This document shows, one piece after another, positions 8,696 through 19,077 of a stretch of 64,000 nt of DNA; position 1 is the stretch's first letter, and each line of letters opens with the position of its first letter. Source of the stretch: Bacteroidota bacterium (GTDB taxonomy: Bacteria; Bacteroidota; Bacteroidia; Chitinophagales; Chitinophagaceae); contig PSRA01000238.1 of NCBI GenBank assembly GCA_003175695.1, positions 906 to 64,905 on the forward strand, given 5' to 3'. Both the position numbers and the translations under genes were made by a program. Under the pieces are notes generated by a model. That model saw only the letters and a list, made by a program, of their open reading frames with translations, did no database searches and had not been told where the DNA came from.

Positions 8696-8763
8696 TTCGA
8701 CATTTTGTTATAAAAGTAATTCGGCATACACAAAAAACGAATCAACCAAATGATAAATCATCG

Positions 8764-11700
8764 TTATACTTTATCGGTCTTAAATCCGAGATAGTTTGGC
8801 AGCATCGGTTTCCTTTGGAATATTCTTTTTTGAATCCACATCGGAAGCAACAGGATGAAAAATAAAGGACCTGTGAATCCCAAAAGAGCTACCCATTTTG
8901 TCCCGTAAAAATTCCGCATGGGTCGGCGAAGGCGTTCCGCAACCAGGTACATCGAAGGCACCAGCAAGAGCGTCATGAAAAATGCAAACATCAGTCCGAA
9001 TATAAGTGTCCATGACAGAGGTCCCCAGAAAACTACGCTATCTCCTCCCATGAATATCTTCGGATCGAGGTGCTGGAATAACGACACCCAGCTCATATTG
9101 AGACCGACTGCCAGTGGAAGAAGCCCGAGCATCGTAGCCAAAGCGGTTAATAGCACCGGAATGATACGGATCTTACCTGCCTGCACTATGGCTTCTTTTG
9201 TTCTCATGCCACGGCTTCGCAGTACGTCGGTAAATTCAATCAGTAGAATGGCGTTCTTTACCACGATACCGGCCAATCCTACGATTCCCACCGCAACCAT
9301 GATCAATGGCATTTTCATACCCGTGATGGCAAATCCAAAAAATACTCCGATGATGCTGAAGAAAATTTCATTCAGCACAATGAATGGTTTGCTCAAAGAA
9401 TTGAATTGCAACACCAGTATCCCGAAGATCATACCCAAGGCGATGATCAGCGCAGTTAGCAGGAAACTCAATGATTCCTGCTGATCTTCCTGCTGGCCTG
9501 TTTGCCTGATGATAATGTTCTCTGGTTTACCCTTGAAATCATTGATCGCATTCCTTACATCAATATTTACTTTGTTCGGATCGTAACCATCAATCAAATT
9601 TGAATAAATAGAAATCACTCTTTTAAGGTTCTTTCTTTTTACACCTCCGAGCGTATTGTTGTAATCAAATCTGACGAGGCTACTAATAGGAACCTGTCTC
9701 ACTTGCCCTGTACTGAAGTCGCGATATGTAATTTTCATATTTTGAAGATCCGATACATTGTTGCGAAGCAGATCCGTATAACGAACCTGGATCTTATATT
9801 CATCTTCACCATCCTTCAATTTGCTGGCTTCCTTGCCAAATAAAGCAGATCTCAGCTCCGAACCAATCTGACCCGTACTCAATCCCTCATGCAATGCTCT
9901 TTCACGATCTATTGAAAGGGTCAATTCAGGTTTGGTAACATCCACATCCAATTTTAATTTTTCTACACCCGGAATGTTCTTCGCATCCAGGTAATTTTTC
10001 AATTTGAGAGCTGTCTTTACAATATCATCAAATTCATCACCCACTACTTCAATATTGACAGGAGCCCCGGAAGCGGGACCGTTCTGTTGCCCGGCGATAC
10101 TTATTTCCGCACCAGGTATTTCTTTGATGACTTTCCTGAGTTCATCTACATATTTTGAAGTCCTGATTCCATTCCTCTTTTCATATTCCACAAATGATAT
10201 TTGAATACGACCCAGGTTAGGTTGCGTACCCTGCTCACCTTGGAATGGATCCGTTGCTCCCACAGCCACATTAGAAATGACTGATTCCACAATCGGGTTA
10301 TTATGTCCCAAAACCTGGAAAACCTTCTTCTCCAGTTCACTTGTGATGCTATCCGTATACGAAGTCCTGGTACCCACCGGCATTTTCACGTATATGTAAA
10401 CTATAGGAGGATCTCCAGTGGGAAAAAACTCTGTTTTTGTTCGGCCGCTAAAGATTGACATGAACAAAAGAATGGCAGACACAATGAATAGCCCAAAAAC
10501 AGAAGCCAGGAGCCAACCCGGACGATTGCGATACAAAGCCCAGCGCAACGCAGATTCGTAATGCGACATTAACCACGGAAGCACTCTTTGCTGGAATCGG
10601 TGAATGACATCATGTAATACATATCGATTGAAGATGATGAGTATAACCATCAACAGCAAAAAATTACCAAAGCCATGCGATCCTACGAGGTGCATTAATA
10701 CTCCAAAAGACAATATGACCCAAAACCATGATTTTCTAAACAATTCTTTCTTCGGTTCCTTAGCCGGATAAAACTCCGGCTTCATGAATGAAGTAGCGAA
10801 CACCGGGTTAATCAAAAATGCAACTATCAACGAGGCTGTCAAAGTAAGAATTAATACCGTTGGAAGATAGATCATGAATTTTCCGATAATACCAGGCCAG
10901 AATAACAAGGGAAAGAAGGGGGCCAGGGTTGTAACTGTTCCCGACAATACTGGAACAAATACTTCACCTGCGGCCATTTTTGCCGCCCGCTTGATCGGGA
11001 TCGCTCCATTATTAAAAATGCGATGCGTGTTCTCGATCACGACAATGGCGTCATCCACGATAATTCCCAATCCAAAAAGCAGGGCAAAGAGCACGATAAA
11101 ATTCAGCGTTACTTTGGTTCCAACGATAATATCAGCAATTGGCAAAAACATAAAAGCGACAAAAACGCTTAGCGGAACACTCAATGCCACAAAGAATGCA
11201 TTACTAACTCCCATGAAGAACATCAGCACCAGCAACACCAGGATAAATCCGATCACAATTGTATTGATAAGATCATTGAAGGAAGTCTTTGTTTGTACAC
11301 TCTGGTCACCGGTAACACTTACATCGAGATCTTTTGGAAATTCCGTCCTCTTCATCTCATTTACAATCGAGACTATTTTTTCCGATGTGTTGATCAGATT
11401 TTCTCCCGCCCTTTTGACAATCTGAAGTGTTACAACATTTTTACCATTAATCCTCGAATAACTTTCTTTTTCCCGGATGGTATCTATCATCTGCGCGATA
11501 TCTCGGAGATAAACCGGCTGGCCATATATATTCTTGATCACGATATTTTGCATATCGTTCACCGTAACAAACTGCCCTCTCACCTGGATAGTCGGCTCCA
11601 TGCTCCCAATCCTGATATTACCGGCGCTCATGTCATGATTCTCATTGCTGATCGCATTGGCGATATCCGTGAACGTTAGACCAGACGCTTCCATCTTGTA

Positions 11701-12312
11701 TTTATTCACATTCACCTGAATTTCTCTCTCAGGTGCTCCAACGATTTCTGCCTTGTTCACTTCAGGCAATTCTTCGAATCGATCTTGCAGTTTTTTTGCA
11801 AAGTCCTTCAATTTGAGTCCATCATAATTACCACTAACATTGACAAACATGATAGGGAAATCTGAGAAGCTGACTTCTATGACGTCAGGTTCTTTGGTCA
11901 GGTCAGTCGGCAGGTCTGGTTTTGCCTTATCCACCGCGTCTTTGACTTTTTGTTTGGCCACGTCTACTTTTACGTCGGTCTGAAACTCAACCAGAATGCT
12001 GCTATAATCCTGGATAGAAGTACTCTTTATATTACGAATACGCGCACCCGTTATACCCTTCAGCTGTTTTTCGATGGGACGGGTCACCAGGTTCTCCATG
12101 TCCTTGGGTGACGTACCGGCATAAATGGTGGAGACATAGATCTGCGGAATGACAATATCCGGATAAGACTCTTTGGGGAGATTGATAAAGGTAGTAAGCC
12201 CATATAACGTGATGGCAATGGTAGCTACATAAGTAACTGTAGCGTGGTCAATAACCCAACTGGTCGGCTTGAATTGCTTGAACGCCTCAATTATTTTTTT
12301 CTTAATATTCAT
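8764..12312 (-). CDS. RND efflux transporter permease (AcrB/AcrD/AcrF family)
   Basis: 1182 aa; GIIVDDAIVVIEN, GIVVKNAILL and RIIPVLLTA proton-relay motifs. Confidence 0.95.
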   Translation of the reverse strand: MNIKKKIIEAFKQFKPTSWVIDHATVTYVATIAITLYGLTTFINLPKESYPDIVIPQIYVSTIYAGTSPKDMENLVTRPIEKQLKGITGARIRNIKSTSIQDYSSILVEFQTDVKVDVAKQKVKDAVDKAKPDLPTDLTKEPDVIEVSFSDFPIMFVNVSGNYDGLKLKDFAKKLQDRFEELPEVNKAEIVGAPEREIQVNVNKYKMEASGLTFTDIANAISNENHDMSAGNIRIGSMEPTIQVRGQFVTVNDMQNIVIKNIYGQPVYLRDIAQMIDTIREKESYSRINGKNVVTLQIVKRAGENLINTSEKIVSIVNEMKRTEFPKDLDVSVTGDQSVQTKTSFNDLINTIVIGFILVLLVLMFFMGVSNAFFVALSVPLSVFVAFMFLPIADIIVGTKVTLNFIVLFALLFGLGIIVDDAIVVIENTHRIFNNGAIPIKRAAKMAAGEVFVPVLSGTVTTLAPFFPLLFWPGIIGKFMIYLPTVLILTLTASLIVAFLINPVFATSFMKPEFYPAKEPKKELFRKSWFWVILSFGVLMHLVGSHGFGNFLLLMVILIIFNRYVLHDVIHRFQQRVLPWLMSHYESALRWALYRNRPGWLLASVFGLFIVSAILLFMSIFSGRTKTEFFPTGDPPIVYIYVKMPVGTRTSYTDSITSELEKKVFQVLGHNNPIVESVISNVAVGATDPFQGEQGTQPNLGRIQISFVEYEKRNGIRTSKYVDELRKVIKEIPGAEISIAGQQNGPASGAPVNIEVVGDEFDDIVKTALKLKNYLDAKNIPGVEKLKLDVDVTKPELTLSIDRERALHEGLSTGQIGSELRSALFGKEASKLKDGEDEYKIQVRYTDLLRNNVSDLQNMKITYRDFSTGQVRQVPISSLVRFDYNNTLGGVKRKNLKRVISIYSNLIDGYDPNKVNIDVRNAINDFKGKPENIIIRQTGQQEDQQESLSFLLTALIIALGMIFGILVLQFNSLSKPFIVLNEIFFSIIGVFFGFAITGMKMPLIMVAVGIVGLAGIVVKNAILLIEFTDVLRSRGMRTKEAIVQAGKIRIIPVLLTALATMLGLLPLAVGLNMSWVSLFQHLDPKIFMGGDSVVFWGPLSWTLIFGLMFAFFMTLLLVPSMYLVAERLRRPMRNFYGTKWVALLGFTGPLFFILLLPMWIQKRIFQRKPMLPNYLGFKTDKV

Positions 12313-12383
12313 GGTTAATCTTTTAATACATGAACTTCCTGGTAAACAAAAAGATCATTTCTTTCAAAGGATAGATGGCAAAA

Positions 12384-13532
12384 TCAGGATGTAGTGATCG
12401 ATTGACCATCATATAAATCCTGGAATCCACCTGAGATCAATTGATCACCTGGTTGAAGACCCTGTTTAATCTCAATTTTTTCTCCGTAGACGGAACCTAC
12501 TACAACATTCCTCTTTTTTGCTTTATATTTTCCATTCTCGTTCGCCATAACAAACACATATTTACCTGTTTCATCTGTCTGCAGGGTAGTCATCGGTATC
12601 ACGATGACATTGGAAGCTGCATAGTCTTGAATCTTAACTAAAGCAATCAGGTTTGGCTTGAGATCGGATTCAGCCGGTACCGTGGCTTCCGCAGTAAAAG
12701 TCCGAGAATTGTTATTGATCAATTGACTAACGAGCGTGATAGTTGAATAAAATTGCTTATTGATATCAGGCACTTCCACTAACACGCGGGTACCTTTTCT
12801 CACGTTTGGAAGATAATTTTCCGGAACGTCTACAACTGCTTTCAAACTTTGGGGATTAACAATCGAGATCGTTCCACTCCCAATTCCACCAAACATTTCA
12901 CCTTCGTGAATGGTTACAGTTTCTACTATGCCATCTACTTCCGAATAAACATTGGTCGTATTCCATTGCTCCTTAAGTGTCGCGATCTGTCTTTCCAGAT
13001 TGTCGACATTATTTTTTGCCGTGATCAACTGAACCTCGGTACCGATTTTTTGGTCCCACAGATTCTTTTGCCGATTGTATATATCCTTTAAATAAGCTAA
13101 CTGAGTTTCGTATTGCTGAATGTTTTGCAATATCACAGCATCATCCAATTTCATGAGCAATTGGCCCCTTTTGACACGGTCGCCTTCTTTAACATGGATT
13201 TCTCTTACCTGTGCTGCGCCTCCTCTTGGTGAGACCGTATAAATCTGCTTTGTTGTGATTCTACCCTGCAGGTCGATATAGTGTGTGAAGTTTTGCACTG
13301 ACAATGGAGTAACGCTTACCAGTTTTGGTTTGACTCCGAAAGAGGTATCGGCTTTTGCTATATCATTTTCCAGCTGCAGAATTTGCATTCCCAAGTCATC
13401 CTGCTGCTTTTTCAATGCTTGCAGTTTGGCCTTTTTACCTTCCACACCGTTCTCATCTTTAGGCGCGGACGATCCACAAGATGCCAGGAAGAGCATGATG
13501 GCAACTATTCCGATTTGACTTATTTGTTTCAT
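12384..13532 (-). CDS. RND efflux periplasmic adaptor (MFP) lipoprotein
   Basis: Lipobox LASC; lipoyl-like VKEGDRVKRGQLL; coiled-coil hairpin; sits between TolC and RND genes. Confidence 0.93.
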   Translation of the reverse strand: MKQISQIGIVAIMLFLASCGSSAPKDENGVEGKKAKLQALKKQQDDLGMQILQLENDIAKADTSFGVKPKLVSVTPLSVQNFTHYIDLQGRITTKQIYTVSPRGGAAQVREIHVKEGDRVKRGQLLMKLDDAVILQNIQQYETQLAYLKDIYNRQKNLWDQKIGTEVQLITAKNNVDNLERQIATLKEQWNTTNVYSEVDGIVETVTIHEGEMFGGIGSGTISIVNPQSLKAVVDVPENYLPNVRKGTRVLVEVPDINKQFYSTITLVSQLINNNSRTFTAEATVPAESDLKPNLIALVKIQDYAASNVIVIPMTTLQTDETGKYVFVMANENGKYKAKKRNVVVGSVYGEKIEIKQGLQPGDQLISGGFQDLYDGQSITTS

Positions 13533-13565
13533 AAAAGAATTTTTATAAGATGGTAGATTTAATGG

Positions 13566-14993
13566 TTAAGGTAGTTTGCCGATGGCCCTTGCGTAGTCGA
13601 TTTTCGCCAGGACTGCACCATATAGTGCGTTTATGAAATTGGTTTGTGCTGTGATCAGATCTGATTGGGCAGTGGTAATATCAGTCGTAGAACCTGCTCC
13701 TGCTTCAAATTTTTTCTTGCTTTGATCATACACTTCTTCGGCCAGCGCCATGTTCTTTCTCTGGCTTTCCAGTGTGGTCATAGAAGCAGTATAATTATTT
13801 CTTGCTATAAGAACTTCATTATCGATAGAAAGTCTCAGGTTCTCCAATTGATTTTGGGACTGCTGCAATTGCAGCTTTGCTTTTGAAACATTGGATGCTT
13901 TTGCGAATCCGTCGAATATGGGTATTGAGATATTGAGACCAATATTCCACTGCGTGAACCAATCACCGTTATGTTGGAAAAAGCTGAATTGGTTTCGATA
14001 AGCAGTTTTAGCAAAATTACTGTTCAGGTTCACCGCAGGAAGATAGATCGCCTTATATCGTTTAATATTATACTGGTTCAACCGATTGACAGTTTCGAGG
14101 TATTGATATTCCTTTCTGTCTGCATATTGATATACATCTTCAACAGGGAAGTTTTGTCTCAATCTTTCTTCTGAGATCTGCTCGGTCAAAACAACGGAGT
14201 CTGTCATTGGCATACCCATCAGAAATTTTAATCCCAGGTAACCATTATCTATACTTCTTTGAGTAGTGAGTTTTTCTGTTTGCAGATTCGCTAATTGAAC
14301 TTCAGCGCGATCCGCATCCAGTCTCTCTGCAAATCCATTTTTATACAAGGCCCGGGAATCATTCAATAGTTTTGATGCTCTTTCGATATTGGCATCAATC
14401 TGTTGCATTTGAGTCTGGCTCACTACCAGTTGATAATAGATTTTGTAAATATTAACTTTGATGGTTTCCTGCGTTACTTCCATTCCCTTGGTTGCATATT
14501 CCAAAGCAGTTTTTCTGGCTTGCAAGCCTACAAAAACCTGACCATCGAATAAAATTTGCGAAAAACTTGCTCCCGCCGATGCATTCCATTTTGTTCCAAA
14601 TGGAGCGGTAATGAAGCCGAAATCGTTAGGGGCTACTATTTTTTGCCCTGTACTATCTCTTACTCCTTGCGCCGTTAGCACGCCATAGGTACCTGCCGCA
14701 ATGAAATTGGGAAAGCTTTGAACTGGAACAAAAGGATAATAAGTGCTCCCGACATTACCTGTTATTTGCGGATATGCTTGCGAAGTAACATTTCGGTTTG
14801 TCTGCTCCTGAATTTTATAGTCCAGCAGGGCATTTTTAACCTGAACATTGTTCTTGTTTGCGTAAGCAATGGCATCCTGAATGGAAAAAATGTGAGTTTC
14901 AGGAGGCCTTTGGTTCTGAGCACTAAGTTGCTTTCCTGTCAAAAGCACCGCACAGACGGCTATCATCGATTTAGTACTAAAGCTTCTGTACAT
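13566..14993 (-). CDS. TolC family outer membrane efflux protein
   Basis: Signal peptide, two OEP-like repeats, GLNISIPIFDG, operon context. Confidence 0.92.
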   Translation of the reverse strand: MYRSFSTKSMIAVCAVLLTGKQLSAQNQRPPETHIFSIQDAIAYANKNNVQVKNALLDYKIQEQTNRNVTSQAYPQITGNVGSTYYPFVPVQSFPNFIAAGTYGVLTAQGVRDSTGQKIVAPNDFGFITAPFGTKWNASAGASFSQILFDGQVFVGLQARKTALEYATKGMEVTQETIKVNIYKIYYQLVVSQTQMQQIDANIERASKLLNDSRALYKNGFAERLDADRAEVQLANLQTEKLTTQRSIDNGYLGLKFLMGMPMTDSVVLTEQISEERLRQNFPVEDVYQYADRKEYQYLETVNRLNQYNIKRYKAIYLPAVNLNSNFAKTAYRNQFSFFQHNGDWFTQWNIGLNISIPIFDGFAKASNVSKAKLQLQQSQNQLENLRLSIDNEVLIARNNYTASMTTLESQRKNMALAEEVYDQSKKKFEAGAGSTTDITTAQSDLITAQTNFINALYGAVLAKIDYARAIGKLP

Positions 14994-15612
14994 GAGATAA
15001 AGTGTTTTTTCTTTCGGTCAAATATTTATCAATTAATTTTTTCCCGCTGGGACTTGCGACACTGTGCAGGTAAAGCATCGCCAATTCGTAGCTGACTTCC
15101 GGCACCCGGTAGCGATTGTGCGGAAAAATGTCCTGGTTAAAGCCCATGAAGGCGGATTCGATTCTTTGCTTGGAGACTATGTCCACATCCATTCCTTCCC
15201 GATAATTTTCCTCTTTGATCCCTCTTTCCAGGTTCTCCCTGATCACCGCATACATAAATTGGTATTTGTGATGCTTGAATTTTTTATATGCTTTTGGATG
15301 ATATTTTTCCAAATCGTACATAATCAGGGGATTCATTGCTTTCAACATATCTTCCATTTCATCTAGGGCGATGAAAACTTCATGCACCGCATTTTCAGCT
15401 TTACCTTTGAAGCGTTTGCATTCTTCCTGGTTCCTATGAATTTCCTGGTCGATGACTCCTTCGACGATTTCGTCTTTATCAGTAAAGAACTGGTATATAG
15501 TTTTTTTGCTGATTCCTAACTGAGAAGCAATCTCATCCATCGTTATGGAGCGAATTCCATATTTCATGAATAAGTCAGCAGCTTTTTCGAGTATTCTGTC
15601 TTTTACTTCCAT
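14977..15612 (-). CDS. TetR/AcrR family transcriptional regulator
   Basis: N-terminal HTH: LFMKYGIRSITMDEIASQLGISKKTIYQFF. Confidence 0.95.
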   Translation of the reverse strand: MEVKDRILEKAADLFMKYGIRSITMDEIASQLGISKKTIYQFFTDKDEIVEGVIDQEIHRNQEECKRFKGKAENAVHEVFIALDEMEDMLKAMNPLIMYDLEKYHPKAYKKFKHHKYQFMYAVIRENLERGIKEENYREGMDVDIVSKQRIESAFMGFNQDIFPHNRYRVPEVSYELAMLYLHSVASPSGKKLIDKYLTERKNTLSHVQKL

Positions 15613-15633
15613 AATTCCCCCTCATTGGGAGGG

Positions 15634-15664
15634 CAAAACTATGGAAACTTTTTTTGTTACCAAA
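15634..15664 (-). promoter_or_regulatory. Sigma-A promoter of the TetR-efflux operon
   Basis: On the minus strand: TTTG (15664-15661), 19 nt, then TAGTTTTG (15641-15634), matching the Bacteroidota -33/-7 consensus. Confidence 0.75.
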
Positions 15665-15671
15665 GTTTCCA
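15642..15671. promoter_or_regulatory. Probable TetR operator
   Basis: Perfect inverted repeat TGGAAACTTT-N10-AAAGTTTCCA overlapping the promoter spacer and the -33 element. Confidence 0.75.
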
Positions 15672-15930
15672 CTCCGAAAATCTCGTATTTTCTTACAAAA
15701 GGCAATTATGGATGAGGAGTTTTTTAAATTCCGGGATTGGCGCCTGGGGGTTTGCACAAAAAAGTTCACAGTTGACAGTCTTGGAATCATTCTGTTCGGA
15801 TTATTCAAAACCCTGGGGTTATAAGCCAGACAACTAACAACGACGCTGCGTGAAATGTCCACAAGTAGTGCGCATTCTCACCTGTCAAGAGTAAAGCGAA
15901 TGATTAAATTTGATGATAAAACCGCTTTAC

Positions 15931-16554
15931 ATGAAATTTCGCTCAATCCCCGGCAAACTTTTCAAATACTTTTTGCAGGGTCTGATCATATTGGCTCCAA
16001 TTACAATAACTATTTGGGCCGTCTTAACCTTTTTCAACTGGATAGATGGGATCCTACCCAACCTTATCCACAACCTGTTTCCGAAATTTATAGGAGTCGA
16101 TGAGTATGGCAATCCGAAAAGATTCCCTGGCCTGGGTTTCGCGATTGTAATAGTGCTTGTTCTGATGGTTGGATATGTATCATCCTCTTTTGTAGTTAGC
16201 CGTCTGGTTGACCTGTTTGACAGTATCCTTGAAAAAACACCAGGTATCAAGGTCATATATTCCACGGTCAAAGATTTCTTTGAAGCATTTGCCGGTAACA
16301 AAAGAAAATTTGACAAATCTGTGCTTGTCAGTATTGAATCGCCCAAAGTGTGGAGGGTTGGATTTATTACGCAGCAGGAATTGCTTCAATTTGGTTTAGA
16401 GGATTATGTTTCAGTTTATGTTCCGCAGTCCTATGCTTTTACCGGTAATCTATTTTTTGTGAGTAAGGACCGCGTGAGGCTATTGACGGATATCAGTTCA
16501 ACAGATGCCATGAAGTTTGCGATATCAGGCGGAGTAACGGAGATTGATGAATAA
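15931..16554 (+). CDS. DUF502 family membrane protein
   Basis: KYFLQGLIILAPITIT, PGIKVIYSTVKD, VYVPQSYAFTGNL, AMKFAISGG. TAAATTTG promoter element at 15905-15912 supports the 15931 start. Confidence 0.88.
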   Translation: MKFRSIPGKLFKYFLQGLIILAPITITIWAVLTFFNWIDGILPNLIHNLFPKFIGVDEYGNPKRFPGLGFAIVIVLVLMVGYVSSSFVVSRLVDLFDSILEKTPGIKVIYSTVKDFFEAFAGNKRKFDKSVLVSIESPKVWRVGFITQQELLQFGLEDYVSVYVPQSYAFTGNLFFVSKDRVRLLTDISSTDAMKFAISGGVTEIDE

Positions 16555-16591
16555 AATTCTTTGTTCCCATTTGATTTACAATTTCTCTGGT

Positions 16592-16623
16592 GACGCGACT
16601 CCCTTTGCGCCTTTGCGTGAAAC
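16592..16623. repeat. Right half of the CGCAAAG-family repeat, copy C
   Basis: CTTTGCGCCTTTGCGTGAAA (16603-16622) matches the right ends of the copies at 25860 and 37500. Confidence 0.7.
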
Positions 16624-16662
16624 ATCTTAATTTTGCAGTTCTTTAAACTAAAGCCAGGAACT

Positions 16663-17730
16663 GTGATACACAATTTTAATGCAGGGCCCAGTGCCATGCC
16701 GAAAGAAGTTTTTGAACAAGCCAGCGAAGCAATTATAGACTTCAATCATTCAGGCTTATCCATACTCGAAATCGGGCACAGGACTTCCATGTTTCAGGCT
16801 GTACTGGACGAAGCCGTAGCAACAGCAAAAGAGCTGATGCAACTGGACAGCGACCATGATGTGCTTTTCCTACATGGTGGTGCAACCACACAATTTTTCC
16901 AGGTGCCGATGAATCTGCTGGACGAAAATGAAGTTGCCGCCTATCTTGATTGCGGAGTTTGGGGAACCAAGGCTATCAAAGAGGCACGAATATTCGGGAA
17001 CGTTGACGTAGTCGCATCCTCGAAAGACAAAAATTACACATACATTCCTAAGAATTTTTCAATTCCTACTAACGCAAAATATTTTCACTACACCACCAAC
17101 AATACAATTGAAGGAACGGAAATGAATTTCATTCCCGAAACAGGTATTCCCCTGGTGGCGGATATGAGTAGTGATATCCTCAGCCACGAATTGGATTTTA
17201 ACCGATTTGCACTGATCTATGCGGGAGCTCAAAAAAATATTGGTGCTGCCGGAGTAAATCTCGTGGTTATCCGAAAAGATATCCTTGGCAAGACCAAAAG
17301 AAAATTGCCGGCAATGATGGATTACATGAAACATATTGAGGCTGGCTCAGTATTGAATACGCCTCCAGTTTTTGCCATCTACGTTTGCATGTTAACCTTG
17401 CGCTGGTTGAAAAATATCGGAGGAATTCCTGCAATAGAAAAACTAAATAAGCAGAAAGCAGATCTTTTGTATCAAACATTGGATTCTATCCCCATTTTCC
17501 GGCCCACTGTGGCAAAAGAAGACAGGAGCCGCATGAACGTAGTTTTTGTAATGGAAGACCAGGAACTGGAGAGAAAATTTCTGCAGACTTGCAAAGAAAA
17601 TAATATGGTAGGTGTAAAAGGTCATCGCAGTGTGGGGGGATTCAGAGTCTCCTTGTACAATGCGGTTACACTGGAAAGTGTAAAAGCAATTACAAGCCTG
17701 ATGAAGGAATTTGCCAGCGTCAATGCCTGA
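16663..17730 (+). CDS. serC: Phosphoserine aminotransferase
   Basis: HNFNAGPS, ADMSSD, YAGAQKNIG (PLP Lys), NTPP, GHRSVGGFRVSLYNA. GTG start; TAATTTTG at 16628-16635. Confidence 0.97.
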   Translation: MIHNFNAGPSAMPKEVFEQASEAIIDFNHSGLSILEIGHRTSMFQAVLDEAVATAKELMQLDSDHDVLFLHGGATTQFFQVPMNLLDENEVAAYLDCGVWGTKAIKEARIFGNVDVVASSKDKNYTYIPKNFSIPTNAKYFHYTTNNTIEGTEMNFIPETGIPLVADMSSDILSHELDFNRFALIYAGAQKNIGAAGVNLVVIRKDILGKTKRKLPAMMDYMKHIEAGSVLNTPPVFAIYVCMLTLRWLKNIGGIPAIEKLNKQKADLLYQTLDSIPIFRPTVAKEDRSRMNVVFVMEDQELERKFLQTCKENNMVGVKGHRSVGGFRVSLYNAVTLESVKAITSLMKEFASVNA

Positions 17731-17766
17731 TCCTTTTTTGCAATCCCAATAATCTTTACAACTTAT

Positions 17767-18996
17767 ATGGCCATCATCCAACCCTTTCGAGCGCTCAGAC
17801 CTAAACCTAGTTTTGCAAAGCAGGTTGCATCACCTCCTTACGATGTCCTTAATTCAGCAGAGGCAAGAAAGGAGGCTGAGGGAAAACCTTTTTCTTTCCT
17901 GCATATTACCAAGTCAGAAATAGATCTGCCCGATAATATAGATACACATAGCCAGCAGGTCTATGACAAGGCAAAGCAAAACCTGGATCGTTTTGTAAAA
18001 GAAGGTGTGCTGACCCGCGATGAAAAACCATGCTATTACATATATCAACTCGTCATGAACCAAAAAAGTCAGACTGGGTTGGTTTGTGTAAGTTCCATCG
18101 CTGACTACGATAAAGGCATTATTAAAAAACATGAGCTGACCAGGCCTGACAAAGAACTTGACCGGATCAATCATATTAAGACTACCGGTGCACAGACAGG
18201 TAATGTTTTTCTGGCATACAAATCAGAGGAATCAATCCATAAAACTATAGAGGACTGGAAGGCGAGCCATCACCCTGACTATGATTTCACCACTGAGGAT
18301 GGAATTAAGCACATCATTTGGGCAATCGAAGATCGGGATACCAATGAGCGCCTGACTAATTTATTTCAATCAAAAGTTCCTTACACTTATATAGCCGACG
18401 GCCATCACAGGGCAGCATCAGCTGCTAAAGTCAGGACCACCCTAGGTGCCTCTGCAGGCCCGGGCTCGAATTATTTTCTTACTACCCTATTCCCTTCCGA
18501 TCAACTGCATATTCTCGATTATAACCGGGTTGTAAAAGACATGAATGGACTAACCGAGAATGAATTACTGAGCCTGATCGGGAAAGATTTTCTTGTCGGT
18601 AAGGTAGATCATGCTTTTTCACCCCGAGGCCTACACGAATTTGGAATGTATGTTAATGGGAACTGGTATGAACTGGTTGCAAAAGTTGGCACCTATTCAG
18701 AAGATCCGATCGGTGTATTGGACGTAACCATTTTGCAGGATAATATCCTTGACAAGATCCTCGCCATTAAGGACCCGAGAACGGATAAAAGAATTGATTT
18801 TGTTGGGGGTATCAGAGGTCTTGGAGAACTGGAAAGAAGAGTTGATAGTGGCGATATGAAGCTGGCCTTCAGTTTGCACCCGGTGACCATACAGCAACTC
18901 TTTGATATAGCCGATAGCGGCAATATCATGCCCCCAAAGAGTACCTGGTTTGAACCGAAGCTCCGGGACGGATTGTTAACCCACTTGATCAGTTAA
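17767..18996 (+). CDS. DUF1015 family protein (ParB/Srx-like core)
   Basis: ASPPYDV, IKKHELT, YIADGHHR, MPPKSTWFEPKLRDGL. Confidence 0.92.
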   Translation: MAIIQPFRALRPKPSFAKQVASPPYDVLNSAEARKEAEGKPFSFLHITKSEIDLPDNIDTHSQQVYDKAKQNLDRFVKEGVLTRDEKPCYYIYQLVMNQKSQTGLVCVSSIADYDKGIIKKHELTRPDKELDRINHIKTTGAQTGNVFLAYKSEESIHKTIEDWKASHHPDYDFTTEDGIKHIIWAIEDRDTNERLTNLFQSKVPYTYIADGHHRAASAAKVRTTLGASAGPGSNYFLTTLFPSDQLHILDYNRVVKDMNGLTENELLSLIGKDFLVGKVDHAFSPRGLHEFGMYVNGNWYELVAKVGTYSEDPIGVLDVTILQDNILDKILAIKDPRTDKRIDFVGGIRGLGELERRVDSGDMKLAFSLHPVTIQQLFDIADSGNIMPPKSTWFEPKLRDGLLTHLIS

Positions 18997-19077
18997 CGAG
19001 ATCCCAAAAAGCCCCCGGCAGAACAATTAAAAAACCACTAATCCGTTTCCATTAGTGGCCAAGTCTTATCTTTAACC

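Noticed and set aside
8918-11679. Long plus-strand ORFs (188, 183 and 128 aa) within the RND gene
   Set aside because: Antisense shadows of a hydrophobic membrane-protein gene.
8764-15612. RND efflux operon as a novel or acquired resistance island
   Set aside because: Standard TetR-TolC-MFP-RND layout with no mobility signals. The substrate cannot be inferred.
15891-15930. GTAAAGCG/CGCTTTAC inverted repeat around the DUF502 promoter
   Set aside because: The left arm is upstream of the predicted TSS so it cannot form in the mRNA, and a 24-nt spacer is weak evidence for an operator.
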